Shown here one piece after another: positions 20,087-31,068 of a DNA stretch of 64,000 nucleotides (position 1 is the stretch's first letter; each line of letters opens with the position of its first letter). A program made the translations under genes and the position numbers. Origin of the DNA: an uncultured Candidatus Binatia bacterium (GTDB lineage: Bacteria; Desulfobacterota; Binatia; UBA9968; JAJDTQ01); the NCBI GenBank assembly GCA_965214905.1, contig OZ243984.1:2006003-2070002 (forward strand). Direction: 5' to 3'. Under the pieces are notes generated by a model. It had not been told where the DNA came from and searched no databases. It saw only the letters and a program-made list of their open reading frames with translations.

Positions 20087-20326
20087 CTTCCTGGCCTACC
20101 CTCCTTGTCCTGTCTCGTCCAGTGCCTCATCGTAGGCAAACAAGCCGCGACCCCTTCGGGGCACGGCCTCGCCACATGGTTCTCCGTTACTTGCGGCTCT
20201 CGGGAGGCTGCCGGGCTCATGGCGCCAGACGCAGGGGCGCCGGGGACCCAAGCCACGGCGCTGACCGAACCTGGAAAGAATCTACTGCGAGGCAGGGAAA
20301 CGGGTCCATTCCCGGTTGGATTTTCG

Positions 20327-22492
20327 TCAGATATTCCCCGATATTGTCCTCACGTCCGCCCGAAAATGGCCGTCGTTTCCCTGCCTCTCGCTACGATTCG
20401 CCAAGTCCGACAGACGCCGTGGCGCGTGAAGTTCCTTTAGGTAGGCGTAGATGGCTTCCTGTGCGTGCGTTCGCCCGCCGCCGGCAACGGCCCTGTACCG
20501 GTTCTCCAGGTCCTTGTCCAGCACTCTCGCCTTGACGTTGTCGTTCCACAGGATGGTCAGCACGTCCGTGAGCTGTTTCTTCAGCGACGGGTCGTAGATG
20601 GGACAAGCCACTTCCACGCGGTGGTCGACGTTGCGTTCCATCCAGTCACCGGAGGCGAGGTACAGTTTCTCGGCGCCGCCGTTGGCGAAGGCCATGACCC
20701 GGGAGTGCTCGAGGAAGCGGTCGAGAATGGCCGTGGCCTCGATGCGCTCGCTCACTCCCTCGACTCCGGGAATCAGCGAGAACATTCCACGCACCATGAG
20801 CTTCACGTCGACGCCGGCCTCGCTGGCCTCGTAGAGCTTCCGGATAAGGCCCCGGTCTTCGAGGTTGTTGATCTTGAGCATGATATGGGCAGGCCGGCCC
20901 TTGTCGGCGTTCTTGATCTCGGCGTCGATGAGTTTCGTGAGCTTGCGGCGGGTGTCGAAGGGCGAGACCATCAGGTGCTTGAACGTTGCCCGTCGATAGT
21001 TGCTTTCGAGGAAGCGGAACACCCGGCTCACCTCGCTGGTGATGCGCTCGTCGGCGGTGAAGAGGCTGTCGTCCGTGTACACCCGCGCGGTGGTCTCATT
21101 GAAGTTCCCGGTGCCGACGTTGGCGTACAGCATGGTCTTCCGATGCGACACCCGGGTGATGAGGATCAGCTTGGCATGCACCTTGAGTCCCGGCACGCCG
21201 TTGATGACGCGGACGCCTTCTTCCTGGAGCCGTTCCGCCCAGCGGACGTTTTCGGCCTCGTCGAACCGGGCCTGCAGCTCCATGACCACGGTGACCCGCT
21301 TGCCGTTGCGGCTGGCGTTGATCAGGGCGTTGACGATCTTCGATTCGCGGGCCACGCGGTACAGCGTCATCTTGATGGAACGCACCTTGGGGTCGATGGC
21401 CGCCTGGCGCAGGAACTCGATGATGTAGTCGAAGGTCTGATACGGGTAGTGCACCAGGATGTCCCGGCGCCGGACGGCCTTGAAGAATGTGGCTCCCGCG
21501 TCGATGTCCTTGTGGGCCAGCGGCGGCCGCGGCGCCGCCGACAGCTTCTTCGGGCCGATGCGCGGGAAGCCCATGAAGTCCTTGAAGTTGTGATACCGTC
21601 CGCCGGGGATGAACGGCCCGGACTCGGCGTCGAGGCCCATCTTGCGCTGCAGCAGCTTCAGCAGCCGCCGGGGAATCTGGTCGTCGTAGATGAAACGGAC
21701 CGGAGCCCCGGATTTTCGCTGCTTGAGGCCCTTGGAGATCTTCTCGATGTAGCTCGCGTACAGGTCGTCGTCGAGGTCGAGCTGCGCATCCCGCGTCAGC
21801 TTGATGGTGAAAGCCTCGAAGTGATCGAACGGGAAGATGGAGAAGATATCCCTGAGGCAGTAGCGGATGACGTCGTCCAGCAGGATGACGTGGCGCCGGT
21901 CGTCCACCTCGGGCAGGATGACGAAACGCGACAGCACGTCGGTGGGAATCTCGATCAAGGCGTACTCGGACCGGCCGGAGCCGCGGTTGCAAAGGCAGAT
22001 GGCCAGATAGATCGCCTGATCCTTCAACTGCGGAAACTCCGTCAGGTGATTGATCATCAGGGGAATCAGGGTGGGCCGCAGCTTCTGCCGGTAGAATTCC
22101 CTGATGAAGGTTTCCTGGGTCGGACTGAGCTCGTCTTCCTTGATGATGGAGATGCCGTGCTCCCGGAGCTCCTGGAGGATGCTCCGGTACGTGCTTTCGA
22201 ACTGCGCCTGCTGTTTCAGGACGATGGCGTGGATCTCTTTCAGGATCGCGGCCGGGTCCTCGCCCATCAGCCGCCGTGCGCCCGCGCCAAGCTGCTCGAG
22301 ACGCCGGAGCTGGGCCACTCTGACGCGAAAGAACTCGTCGAGATTGGATGAGAAAATGCCGAGGAAGGCGAGTCGTTCCAGCAGCGGGACGGAGATATCC
22401 GACGCTTCCTGGAGGACGCGGCCGTTGAACGCCAGCCAACTGAGCTCCTTGTTCCGCAGCGGCAGCGTGGATTTCTGTTTACGGCTCGGCAT
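20327..22492 (-). CDS. ppk: Polyphosphate kinase 1
   Basis: Full PPK1 architecture of about 720 aa; N-terminal NRELSWLAFN, with both PLD-like C-terminal domains. Confidence 0.9.
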   Translation of the reverse strand: MPSRKQKSTLPLRNKELSWLAFNGRVLQEASDISVPLLERLAFLGIFSSNLDEFFRVRVAQLRRLEQLGAGARRLMGEDPAAILKEIHAIVLKQQAQFESTYRSILQELREHGISIIKEDELSPTQETFIREFYRQKLRPTLIPLMINHLTEFPQLKDQAIYLAICLCNRGSGRSEYALIEIPTDVLSRFVILPEVDDRRHVILLDDVIRYCLRDIFSIFPFDHFEAFTIKLTRDAQLDLDDDLYASYIEKISKGLKQRKSGAPVRFIYDDQIPRRLLKLLQRKMGLDAESGPFIPGGRYHNFKDFMGFPRIGPKKLSAAPRPPLAHKDIDAGATFFKAVRRRDILVHYPYQTFDYIIEFLRQAAIDPKVRSIKMTLYRVARESKIVNALINASRNGKRVTVVMELQARFDEAENVRWAERLQEEGVRVINGVPGLKVHAKLILITRVSHRKTMLYANVGTGNFNETTARVYTDDSLFTADERITSEVSRVFRFLESNYRRATFKHLMVSPFDTRRKLTKLIDAEIKNADKGRPAHIMLKINNLEDRGLIRKLYEASEAGVDVKLMVRGMFSLIPGVEGVSERIEATAILDRFLEHSRVMAFANGGAEKLYLASGDWMERNVDHRVEVACPIYDPSLKKQLTDVLTILWNDNVKARVLDKDLENRYRAVAGGGRTHAQEAIYAYLKELHAPRRLSDLANRSERQGNDGHFRADVRTISGNI

Positions 22493-22588
22493 GGCAGCGG
22501 GAGCCCAAGAAGCTACTACAAACCCGAACGGGCTTCAATCACGAATCGCGGCGGGTGACCCGGGTTGCCGGTCGGACGCGGCCGCCGC

Positions 22589-22614
22589 ACGGGCGGGTTT
22601 CAAACCCGCCCCCT
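22589..22614. repeat. Family A repeat copy (gggcgggtttcaaacccgcccc)
   Basis: Palindromic hairpin in the ppk1 upstream gap. Confidence 0.7.
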
Positions 22615-22640
22615 ACACCTCCGTCCGTGCCCGCATCGCG

Positions 22641-23537
22641 TTACCGGCCGAATCCGGCTCCCGGGACGGTGGCCTCGGCGTGGTATTGCGGGTCGCAGTA
22701 GGCGGAGAGATTCGTGCCTTTGCCCGGGGCCACGTCGAACGAGACGCGCAGGTCCAACGGCGCCTGCAGCCCGGGAAGATCGAGAGCGGTGGTTTCCGGC
22801 AGCGCGCTCAGCTCCCTGGCCGCGGTCGGGTCATCGAGCCCCCGGGCGTCCCGCAGCAGTTGCAGGGCAGCGGCACGGTTGGCGGGATCGTTGCCCCACC
22901 CGACGGCCTCGATGAGGCACTTGAGAAAGCCGACGAGCTCCGCGCGATGAGACGCCGCCCACCGGGTGGTCACGGCGAAGACTCCGCCCGGGTAGTCCGG
23001 CAGGACCTCGCGGTAGTCGGCCATGCGCCTCAGACCGGCGTCTTCGGCCTTCTTGTCCCAGGGGGGATTCAGGATACCGGCAAAGGTCTTGCCGCTTTTC
23101 ATGGATTCGAAGCGGGGCCCGGTGGCGCCGACCCCGTCCAGCCGGTAGTCGCCGCGGTTCAGATCCAGTCCGTGGGCTTGCAGGATCCGCCTGAGCACCA
23201 GGGCATAGGCCGTGTCCACCGCGTCCACCGCCAGCAGCCGGCCGCGCAGATCGTCCCATTCGTGAATCTCGGGCCGCACGTACAGCGGCAGCGACATGCG
23301 CCGGGACGCCTGGGCAACCGCGTGGATGTCGGCGCCCTCGCGCCCCGACCACGCCATCACGTTGTCGAAGGCCGTGGACGCCACGTCCCAGGTTCCGGCG
23401 CCGAGGCCGCGCATCTGCTCGGTGGAGCTGCGTGTGACGGTGGTTTCCACCCGGAGGCCGTGCGAGGCAAAGAGGCCGCGTTCGCGTCCGATGACGACTG
23501 CGGGGTTCTCGCCGAAGGTGATGAAACGAATGAGCAT
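22641..23537 (-). CDS. ABC-type substrate-binding protein, NMT1/SsuA-like (nitrate/sulfonate/bicarbonate family)
   Basis: NMT1/THI5-like periplasmic binding fold. Start taken at MLIRFITF, internal to the six-frame ORF. Confidence 0.6.
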   Translation of the reverse strand: MLIRFITFGENPAVVIGRERGLFASHGLRVETTVTRSSTEQMRGLGAGTWDVASTAFDNVMAWSGREGADIHAVAQASRRMSLPLYVRPEIHEWDDLRGRLLAVDAVDTAYALVLRRILQAHGLDLNRGDYRLDGVGATGPRFESMKSGKTFAGILNPPWDKKAEDAGLRRMADYREVLPDYPGGVFAVTTRWAASHRAELVGFLKCLIEAVGWGNDPANRAAALQLLRDARGLDDPTAARELSALPETTALDLPGLQAPLDLRVSFDVAPGKGTNLSAYCDPQYHAEATVPGAGFGR

Positions 23538-23663
23538 GGGGCCTCCGGGGTGCCGGGCGCGGTTCCCTGGCGTGTTTCTATACCAACACGCCAAGGTCCG
23601 CCAGCGCCGTCCCGGAGCTCCCGCCGTCCGCCGCTCATGGCGGCCGCTTCCTCGGCAGACCGA

Positions 23664-23758
23664 CGCGGGCGGGCTCGAAACCCGCCCGCGTTCGGGTGGA
23701 GGGGTGCAGGCCCCCTGGGACCTCCCGGAGAAGGGCTCGAAACCCGCCCGCCGGCGGG
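23664..23758. repeat. Two Family A-like copies (gggctcgaaacccgcccg) separated by about 40 bp
   Basis: gcgggcgggctcgaaacccgcccgcg and agggctcgaaacccgcccgccggcggg, downstream of glnK. Confidence 0.6.
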
Positions 23759-23768
23759 TGGGAGGTTC

Positions 23769-25376
<1,608 letters not shown>

Positions 25377-25446
25377 TTCGTCCCCCCGTTGAAAGATGTT
25401 TTTCCATCCCGGCGGTTCGTGACGCCGGGCGGATGGAGCCGGATGA

Positions 25447-25463
25447 CGCAAATCGGGTGCCAA
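25447..25463 (-). promoter_or_regulatory. Sigma-54 promoter TGGCAC-N5-TTGC upstream of amtB-glnK
   Basis: The reverse complement of 25444-25466 reads GGCGTTGGCACCCGATTTGCGTC, a perfect -24/-12 consensus about 70 nt upstream of the amtB GTG. Confidence 0.5.
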
Positions 25464-25528
25464 CGCCAGGCAGTAGGCAATCGGGTCTTTCCAAAGGCCG
25501 ACGCCAAAGCTGTCGTTCCGATCGCAGC

Positions 25529-25615
25529 GAAGAATCCTGGCCACGGGGCGAGACCGTGGAGGACCATGTGTCCGGTGCGGTCGTCCGGAAGAATCCTGGC
25601 CACAGGGGCGAGACC
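25529..25615 (-). promoter_or_regulatory. Two 27-bp direct repeats (gaagaatcctggccacRgggcgagacc) 60 bp apart, candidate enhancer (bEBP/NtrC-type) sites
   Basis: Copies at 25529-25555 and 25589-25615, about 80-160 bp upstream of the sigma-54 element. Confidence 0.35.
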
Positions 25616-25652
25616 TTCGCTTCGCTCAGGGTGACAATGGAAAGCTCCGATT

Positions 25653-25696
25653 CCCTCACCCGGCCTTCGGCCGCCCTTTGCGGGAGGGAGAGGGGC
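25653..25696. repeat. Family C dispersed repeat copy
   Basis: Near-identical to 5945-5990. Confidence 0.65.
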
Positions 25697-25848
25697 TCGA
25701 TGCGCGGCTGGTCGTGATGCGGCTGTAACTGCCCAACATGCAGGCACATGCTTAACGAGAAGGCAGTGCGCGCGTGGAACTGCGCCGGCACGGAGAAAGG
25801 GTCGGCCAAGGGGGGGAGGGAGGGCCGGTCCGAGGCCGGGAAATCGGG

Positions 25849-27603
25849 TTACCCGGCTCTGAGCCTTTGCCTCAAACCGTCGTGCTGCTCGCGAATCCCT
25901 GCCGGCAGCCGGTCTCCGAACTTTTCGAAGAACTCCGACTGGCTCCGCAGGTTGGTGCGCCAGCCGTCACGGTCCACGTGCAGCAACCGGCCCATGGCGC
26001 CGTTCGGCAAGGCCGCGCCGTTGCAGTCGATGCTCGATGGCCTGGGCAGGTAGCCGATGGGGCTCTCGTCCGCGGTGCCGCCGTCCCGGGAGCGTTCGAT
26101 GACCCACTGGAGCACGCGCAGGTTCTCTCCGAACCCCGGCCACAGGAACCCGCCCCGGTCATCTCTCTGGAACCAGTTCACCCGGAAGATCCCGGGTGGA
26201 CGGGTCAGCCGCTTGCCCATGGAGAGCCAGTGATTCCAGTAGTCGCCCATGTTGTAGCCGCAGAACGGCAGCATCGCCATGGGATCGCGCCGAACCACTC
26301 CCACCGCTCCGGTGGCGGCGGCGGTGGTCTCGGACGCCAGGGTCGCGCCGAGGAAGGTCCCGTGGGCCCAGTCGAAGGCCTGGTACACCAGGGGAACCAG
26401 CTTCTGCCGCCGTGCGCCGAACAGGATCGCGCTGATGGGGACGCCGTCGGGGTTCTCCCGTTCGGGGGAGATGGACGGGCATTCGCCGGCGGGGACCGTG
26501 AACCGGCTGTTGGGATGCGCCACGGTGCCCTCGTTGGAGGCATTCCACGAGCGGCCGCGCCAGTCGGTGACGCTTTTCGGCACGGGATCGTCGTGCCCTT
26601 CCCACCACACGCCGCCGTCGGGCTTGAGCCCCACGTTGGTGAAGATGGTGTTCCGCTGGATCGTGCGCATGGCGTTGGGGTTGGTCCTGGAGTTGGTGCC
26701 CGGAACCACGCCGAAAAATCCCGCTTCCGGATTCACCGCCCACAGCCGGCCGTCGTCGCCCACCCGCAGCCACGCGATGTCGTCGCCCACCGTGAACACG
26801 CGCCAACCCTTCATCGACTGGGGCGGCACCAGCATGGCCAGGTTGGTCTTGCCGCAGGCGCTGGGCAGCGCGCCGCAGACGTAAGTCGTCTCGCCCTCCG
26901 GGCTCTCGATCCCGACGATCATCATGTGCTCCGCGAGCCAGCCTTCCCGCGCCCCCAGGGCGCTGGCCAGCCGCAGGGCCATGCATTTCTTCGCCAGCAG
27001 CGCGTTGCCGCCGTAGCCGGATCCCACGCTCCAGATGGTATTCTCCTCGGGGAAGTGACAGATGAACCGCCGGTTGATGTGAAGATCCGCCTTCGAGTGG
27101 AGCCCGCGCGTGAAGTCGTCCGAGTCGCCGAGGTGCTCCAGGGCGACGTTGCCCATGCGGGTCATGGCCCGCATGCTCAAGGCGACATAGACGCTGTCGG
27201 TGAGCTCGATGCCGACCTTGCTGAAGGGAGAGCCCGCAGGTCCCATGAGGAAAGGGATGACGTACATGGTCCTGCCGGTCATGGAACCGTCGAAAATCTT
27301 GCCGAGCCGGTCGTAGGCTTCGTCCGGCGCCATCCAGTTGTTGGAGGGGCCGGCGTCGTCCTGTTCGCGCGAGCACACGAAGGTCAGGTGCTCCGTGCGG
27401 GCCACGTCGTTGGCGGCGCTGCGGTGGAGGTAGCACCCGGGCAGGCTCTGCTGGTCCAGAGGAACGAGGTCGCCGACCCGAATGGCTAGCTGGGTCAGCC
27501 GCTCCCGCTCTTCTTCCGAGCCGTCACACCAAACGACATCATCCGGGCGACACATGGCTGCCGCTTCCGTGACGAACTTTCGAACCGACTCGTTCACAAC
27601 CAT
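25849..27603 (-). CDS. pckG: Phosphoenolpyruvate carboxykinase (GTP)
   Basis: Full-length GTP-PEPCK; kinase-1a CGKTN, WMAPDEA and other GTP-PEPCK signatures. Confidence 0.9.
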   Translation of the reverse strand: MVVNESVRKFVTEAAAMCRPDDVVWCDGSEEERERLTQLAIRVGDLVPLDQQSLPGCYLHRSAANDVARTEHLTFVCSREQDDAGPSNNWMAPDEAYDRLGKIFDGSMTGRTMYVIPFLMGPAGSPFSKVGIELTDSVYVALSMRAMTRMGNVALEHLGDSDDFTRGLHSKADLHINRRFICHFPEENTIWSVGSGYGGNALLAKKCMALRLASALGAREGWLAEHMMIVGIESPEGETTYVCGALPSACGKTNLAMLVPPQSMKGWRVFTVGDDIAWLRVGDDGRLWAVNPEAGFFGVVPGTNSRTNPNAMRTIQRNTIFTNVGLKPDGGVWWEGHDDPVPKSVTDWRGRSWNASNEGTVAHPNSRFTVPAGECPSISPERENPDGVPISAILFGARRQKLVPLVYQAFDWAHGTFLGATLASETTAAATGAVGVVRRDPMAMLPFCGYNMGDYWNHWLSMGKRLTRPPGIFRVNWFQRDDRGGFLWPGFGENLRVLQWVIERSRDGGTADESPIGYLPRPSSIDCNGAALPNGAMGRLLHVDRDGWRTNLRSQSEFFEKFGDRLPAGIREQHDGLRQRLRAG

Positions 27604-27612
27604 GGTTTCCCT

Positions 27613-27957
27613 TTACTTGCTCCGTTTCTTCCTGGATGAAGTCCGGCTGGAGTCCGGCTTGGCGGGCCGCGCGGCTTCCCGATTCGAGGGCGCCGTCTTC
27701 GCGGCCCCGGGCTTTGCGGTTTCCTGTGCGACGGCCGCGGACTTGGCTCCCTTGGACGACTTGCCGGTGGGGTCGTTGGTGATGAAATGCCCGCAGTTGA
27801 TGCAGTAGACCGTGTACGCCGGCTCACGACGATGGTGGATCGTGTGGAAGTGCCCTTGGGAGCTGTTGATGGTGCTGTCTACCTGGTAGAGATGGATAAC
27901 GACGTTGTGGTTACAGTTCGGGCACACTACCGTTTCGGGTACATCCGTCTTGGCCAT
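27613..27957 (-). CDS. Small Cys4 zinc-ribbon protein with Lys/Ala/Pro-rich basic tail (114 aa)
   Basis: CPNC..(about 44 aa)..CINCGH, followed by a low-complexity basic tail. Only 9 bp upstream of the pckG start. Confidence 0.5.
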   Translation of the reverse strand: MAKTDVPETVVCPNCNHNVVIHLYQVDSTINSSQGHFHTIHHRREPAYTVYCINCGHFITNDPTGKSSKGAKSAAVAQETAKPGAAKTAPSNREAARPAKPDSSRTSSRKKRSK

Positions 27958-28058
27958 CCGAACTCCAGAAGGGCGGGGAAACCCTGCAAAATTCGAGATC
28001 TGAACCGGGCTTTATAGCGTAGGGGCCGGTATCATACAAATGGCGGGCGAGCTACGGC

Positions 28059-29180
28059 TCACGTCCAGTAATCTTCCCGGCCGCCCTGAACCCACCAGTT
28101 CTCCCGCGGCCGGATATCGAGCTCGAACCCTTTCCGGTGCTCCCGCGCGAGATCGTACAGCTTCCTGGCCAGAGCCAGGTCGACGATGCCCTGACCGCCC
28201 TGATTCTTGTACAGGATGATCTGGTCGTCGCTGGTGCGCCCCTCGGCGTTGCCGGTCAGGATGTCGGCAATATCAACTACCTTGTCCCAGGTAATGACGC
28301 CGTCCTGGACCGGCCAGTAGATGTCGCCCTGCTGGGAGTCCACCGCCTGCTCCCGGGACAGGGCGACGATGAAGTCGCACCGCCTGAGCGTTCCGTCGTC
28401 GATTTCCCGCCGGGGCTTGTCGAGGTTGCCGCTCTTCACCAGCTCGATGTTGCTGCCGATGACCGAGATGATGTACTGGCCCGGCTCCAGCCAGTCGCCG
28501 TCGATGACCGGGACGTTGGTGTTGGTCATGCACAGGATGATGTCCACGTCCTGGGCGGCCCGGGGACCTTCCTCGACCGGCTCCACCGGCACGCCGGTGA
28601 TCTCGGTCATCTTCCTCGCGAAGGCCTCCCGGTGCGCTTTGGTGGGGCTGTACACTTTGGCGCTGTCGATCTGCCTCAACTCGGTCAATCCAACGAACGT
28701 GGAGTACGCCTGGTTCCCGGACCCGTAGATTCCCACCCTGCGGGCGCCGGCCCTGGCCAGCCGGTCGAGACCCACGAGGCTCGTGGCCGGCGTCCTCAGA
28801 TCCGCCACCCCCGCGGCGTGCTTGGGGCGATGCGCCATGATTCCCAGCAGCGTCCCGGTATCGGCGTCGTAGATCACCGCGAGCTCGGTCTGGTCGGGAT
28901 TATACGGCGGACGCCGCTGCTGGTCGCCGACGATGGCCTTGCGATGCAGCGCCACCTGGGCGCCCACGGCGCCGTAGCTCGCGGCCCCGCCGGCGTAGAT
29001 GTTGAGCACCGTGTCGAACGGGGCCTCGCCCACATTCCGGTGCAAATTCAACCGCTTGCGTGGCGCGTTCACACCCTCGGGGGTGGCGATCTTCCTGAGC
29101 GCCGCTTCGGTGATGGAGACGGCTTCCGGGAAGGAAACCAGTTCGTCCACGTCTTGAGAATGGAAAAACAGCGCCATGAT
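28059..29180 (-). CDS. Ornithine cyclodeaminase / mu-crystallin family protein
   Basis: OCD-mu-crystallin Rossmann region (VGIYGSGNQA). Start at MALFFHSQDV, internal to the six-frame ORF. Confidence 0.7.
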   Translation of the reverse strand: MMALFFHSQDVDELVSFPEAVSITEAALRKIATPEGVNAPRKRLNLHRNVGEAPFDTVLNIYAGGAASYGAVGAQVALHRKAIVGDQQRRPPYNPDQTELAVIYDADTGTLLGIMAHRPKHAAGVADLRTPATSLVGLDRLARAGARRVGIYGSGNQAYSTFVGLTELRQIDSAKVYSPTKAHREAFARKMTEITGVPVEPVEEGPRAAQDVDIILCMTNTNVPVIDGDWLEPGQYIISVIGSNIELVKSGNLDKPRREIDDGTLRRCDFIVALSREQAVDSQQGDIYWPVQDGVITWDKVVDIADILTGNAEGRTSDDQIILYKNQGGQGIVDLALARKLYDLAREHRKGFELDIRPRENWWVQGGREDYWT

Positions 29181-29480
29181 ACCTCCAGGTGTGATGGACC
29201 GCGAGATCGCCGGGCGGGATGATATCCTGGACCGGACCCCATGGGAGGACGCCCACCGGGCCAATCGTCTGCCGGGTCGAAGCTATCAGATAGCCCGGCC
29301 GTCGGGGAAACGCAAGGTAGCGGAAATCCGCCGCGGCAAGACTCTGATACGAAATGGAGGAACCGGTCCAGCCTTTGAGACGTGGGCACGAAGGAGGCGT
29401 TCGAGCTCACGCTCGTGCGTGTTACATGTTGCGTTTGTGTCGTTTGCGACGTATGTCGGATGCCGGAAGGGAGTGGACCC

Positions 29481-29939
29481 ATGGATGATCGGACAGGTGA
29501 AAACAAGGCGACGAGCCTCGTCAGCGAAAGGGATGTCGTCCTGGCAGCCCGGACAGCCTCGAAACTCGCCGAGTTGAGCCATGTGACGGGACCCGTGCCG
29601 GTCCGATTCGGCATGGCCGACGAGGAATCAGTCCAAATTCCCGCCCAGGCGGTGCGGCTTCTTCGGGAGATGCTGGACCAGATGGCCCGTGGCAATACCG
29701 TTGCACTGACACCGGTGCACGCCGAACTGACCACCCGGCAAGCGGCCGATCTCCTGCAGGTTTCGAGGACTTTTCTGGTACGGCTGCTCGACGAGGGGCG
29801 GATACCCTGCCGCAAGGTTGGAGCGCATCGACGTGTGCGTACTGACGATATCCTCGCCTACCGTCGAGCTACGGAGTCCCGTCGTCGGAATGCTCTTGAC
29901 ACCATGACGGCCCAGGATCAAGAACTCGGAATGCAATAG
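29481..29939 (+). CDS. Excisionase/MerR-type HTH DNA-binding protein, putative antitoxin
   Basis: LTTRQAADLLQVSRTFLVRLLDEGRIPCRKVG helix-turn-helix, 4 bp upstream of a PIN-domain gene. The N-terminal Cys-rich part of the six-frame ORF is probably not translated. Confidence 0.55.
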   Translation: MDDRTGENKATSLVSERDVVLAARTASKLAELSHVTGPVPVRFGMADEESVQIPAQAVRLLREMLDQMARGNTVALTPVHAELTTRQAADLLQVSRTFLVRLLDEGRIPCRKVGAHRRVRTDDILAYRRATESRRRNALDTMTAQDQELGMQ

Positions 29940-29942
29940 CCG

Positions 29943-30335
29943 ATGCGCGGAATGACGGCGTTGCTCGACGCCAACGTTCCGTATCCCGCCGGCCTCCGTG
30001 ACTTTCTTCTGCGTCTGGCCGATCTGTACCTTTACCGTCCGCTTTGGACCGCCACGATCCATGAAGAATGGATCGCCAGTCTTCTCGCGGACCGGCCCGA
30101 TTTGACAGTCAGCAGGTTGGAACGGACCCGCGCGATCATGGACGAGTATTTTCCGGAGGCAATCGTCACCGGGTATGGTTCGCTAATCGCGGGGCTCGAC
30201 TTGCCCGACCCTCGGGACCGTCATGTTCTGGCAGCAGCAGTCCGAGGACGGGCGGACGTCATCGTAACGAGGAACCTGCGGGATTTTCCAGCGAATCGAT
30301 TATACGGTTGGCAACGGCGCGTTGGCGCGCCTTAA
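29943..30335 (+). CDS. PIN-domain ribonuclease, putative toxin (VapC-like)
   Basis: LLDANV..DRHVLAAAV..IVTRN acidic PIN motifs; 130 aa. Confidence 0.6.
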   Translation: MRGMTALLDANVPYPAGLRDFLLRLADLYLYRPLWTATIHEEWIASLLADRPDLTVSRLERTRAIMDEYFPEAIVTGYGSLIAGLDLPDPRDRHVLAAAVRGRADVIVTRNLRDFPANRLYGWQRRVGAP

Positions 30336-30351
30336 CAAAAGGGGGTTAACA

Positions 30352-31068
30352 ATGGCTAACACCGCAAAAGCGTTGGATCGAGCAGAAGTTGCCGAACTCT
30401 GGCGCGAGTGTGCGCAACTTCGTCGAACGGACATTTTCGGGGCAGCGGACGAACTGCGTCCCGTGTACGGGCGCCGCAGCCTGCAGCGGCAGATCGACGT
30501 GCCGACATTCGGAATGGTCGGTGCGGACTACGGGCGGGGCGGTGTCATCCTACTGTCGGTGAACCCTGCTGGAGGAAAGCGCAACCCGAAATCGACGGAT
30601 CTGGATGACTGCTTGTATGAGCGATTCAAGGACCTTCGAGATCCAAAGCCCGACATGTCGCCGCAGGAAGCCTTCGAAGCGGCGAATCGCGCGTATCGTT
30701 CCGCCATGCCTCAACCTCATTGGACCATTACGAGAAACCACTACAACAAGATTCTGAAGGATCTTGGCAAGCAGGTTGACGATGTCTCGTTCCTCCAGGT
30801 AGTTCCGTTCAGGACCAGGGACGACAAAGGGAGTGGCATGAATTGCGATTACGTCATGAGCGGGTACGAGAAGAATGCGAAGAAGCAGTTGATGTTGCTG
30901 GCGCCCGGGGTCATCATCGCGGTGGATGGGCCATCACGATGCGTTGCCCACCTCTACAAAACCGCACACTCCCCTGAGACCACGGTGTGCTACTGGACGC
31001 GCCAGCGCAGCGTGAGCGATGCAGACAGATTGGACAAGCTCCGAAAGTGTCTGGACGGGCGGGGATAG
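30352..31068 (+). CDS. Hypothetical protein with uracil-DNA-glycosylase-superfamily-like motifs
   Basis: GGVILLSVNPAGG (G-x-NPG-like motif A) and VIIAVDG...HLYKTAHSP (HxS-like motif B). Lower GC than its surroundings. Start at MANTAK avoids overlap with the PIN gene. Confidence 0.35.
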   Translation: MANTAKALDRAEVAELWRECAQLRRTDIFGAADELRPVYGRRSLQRQIDVPTFGMVGADYGRGGVILLSVNPAGGKRNPKSTDLDDCLYERFKDLRDPKPDMSPQEAFEAANRAYRSAMPQPHWTITRNHYNKILKDLGKQVDDVSFLQVVPFRTRDDKGSGMNCDYVMSGYEKNAKKQLMLLAPGVIIAVDGPSRCVAHLYKTAHSPETTVCYWTRQRSVSDADRLDKLRKCLDGRG

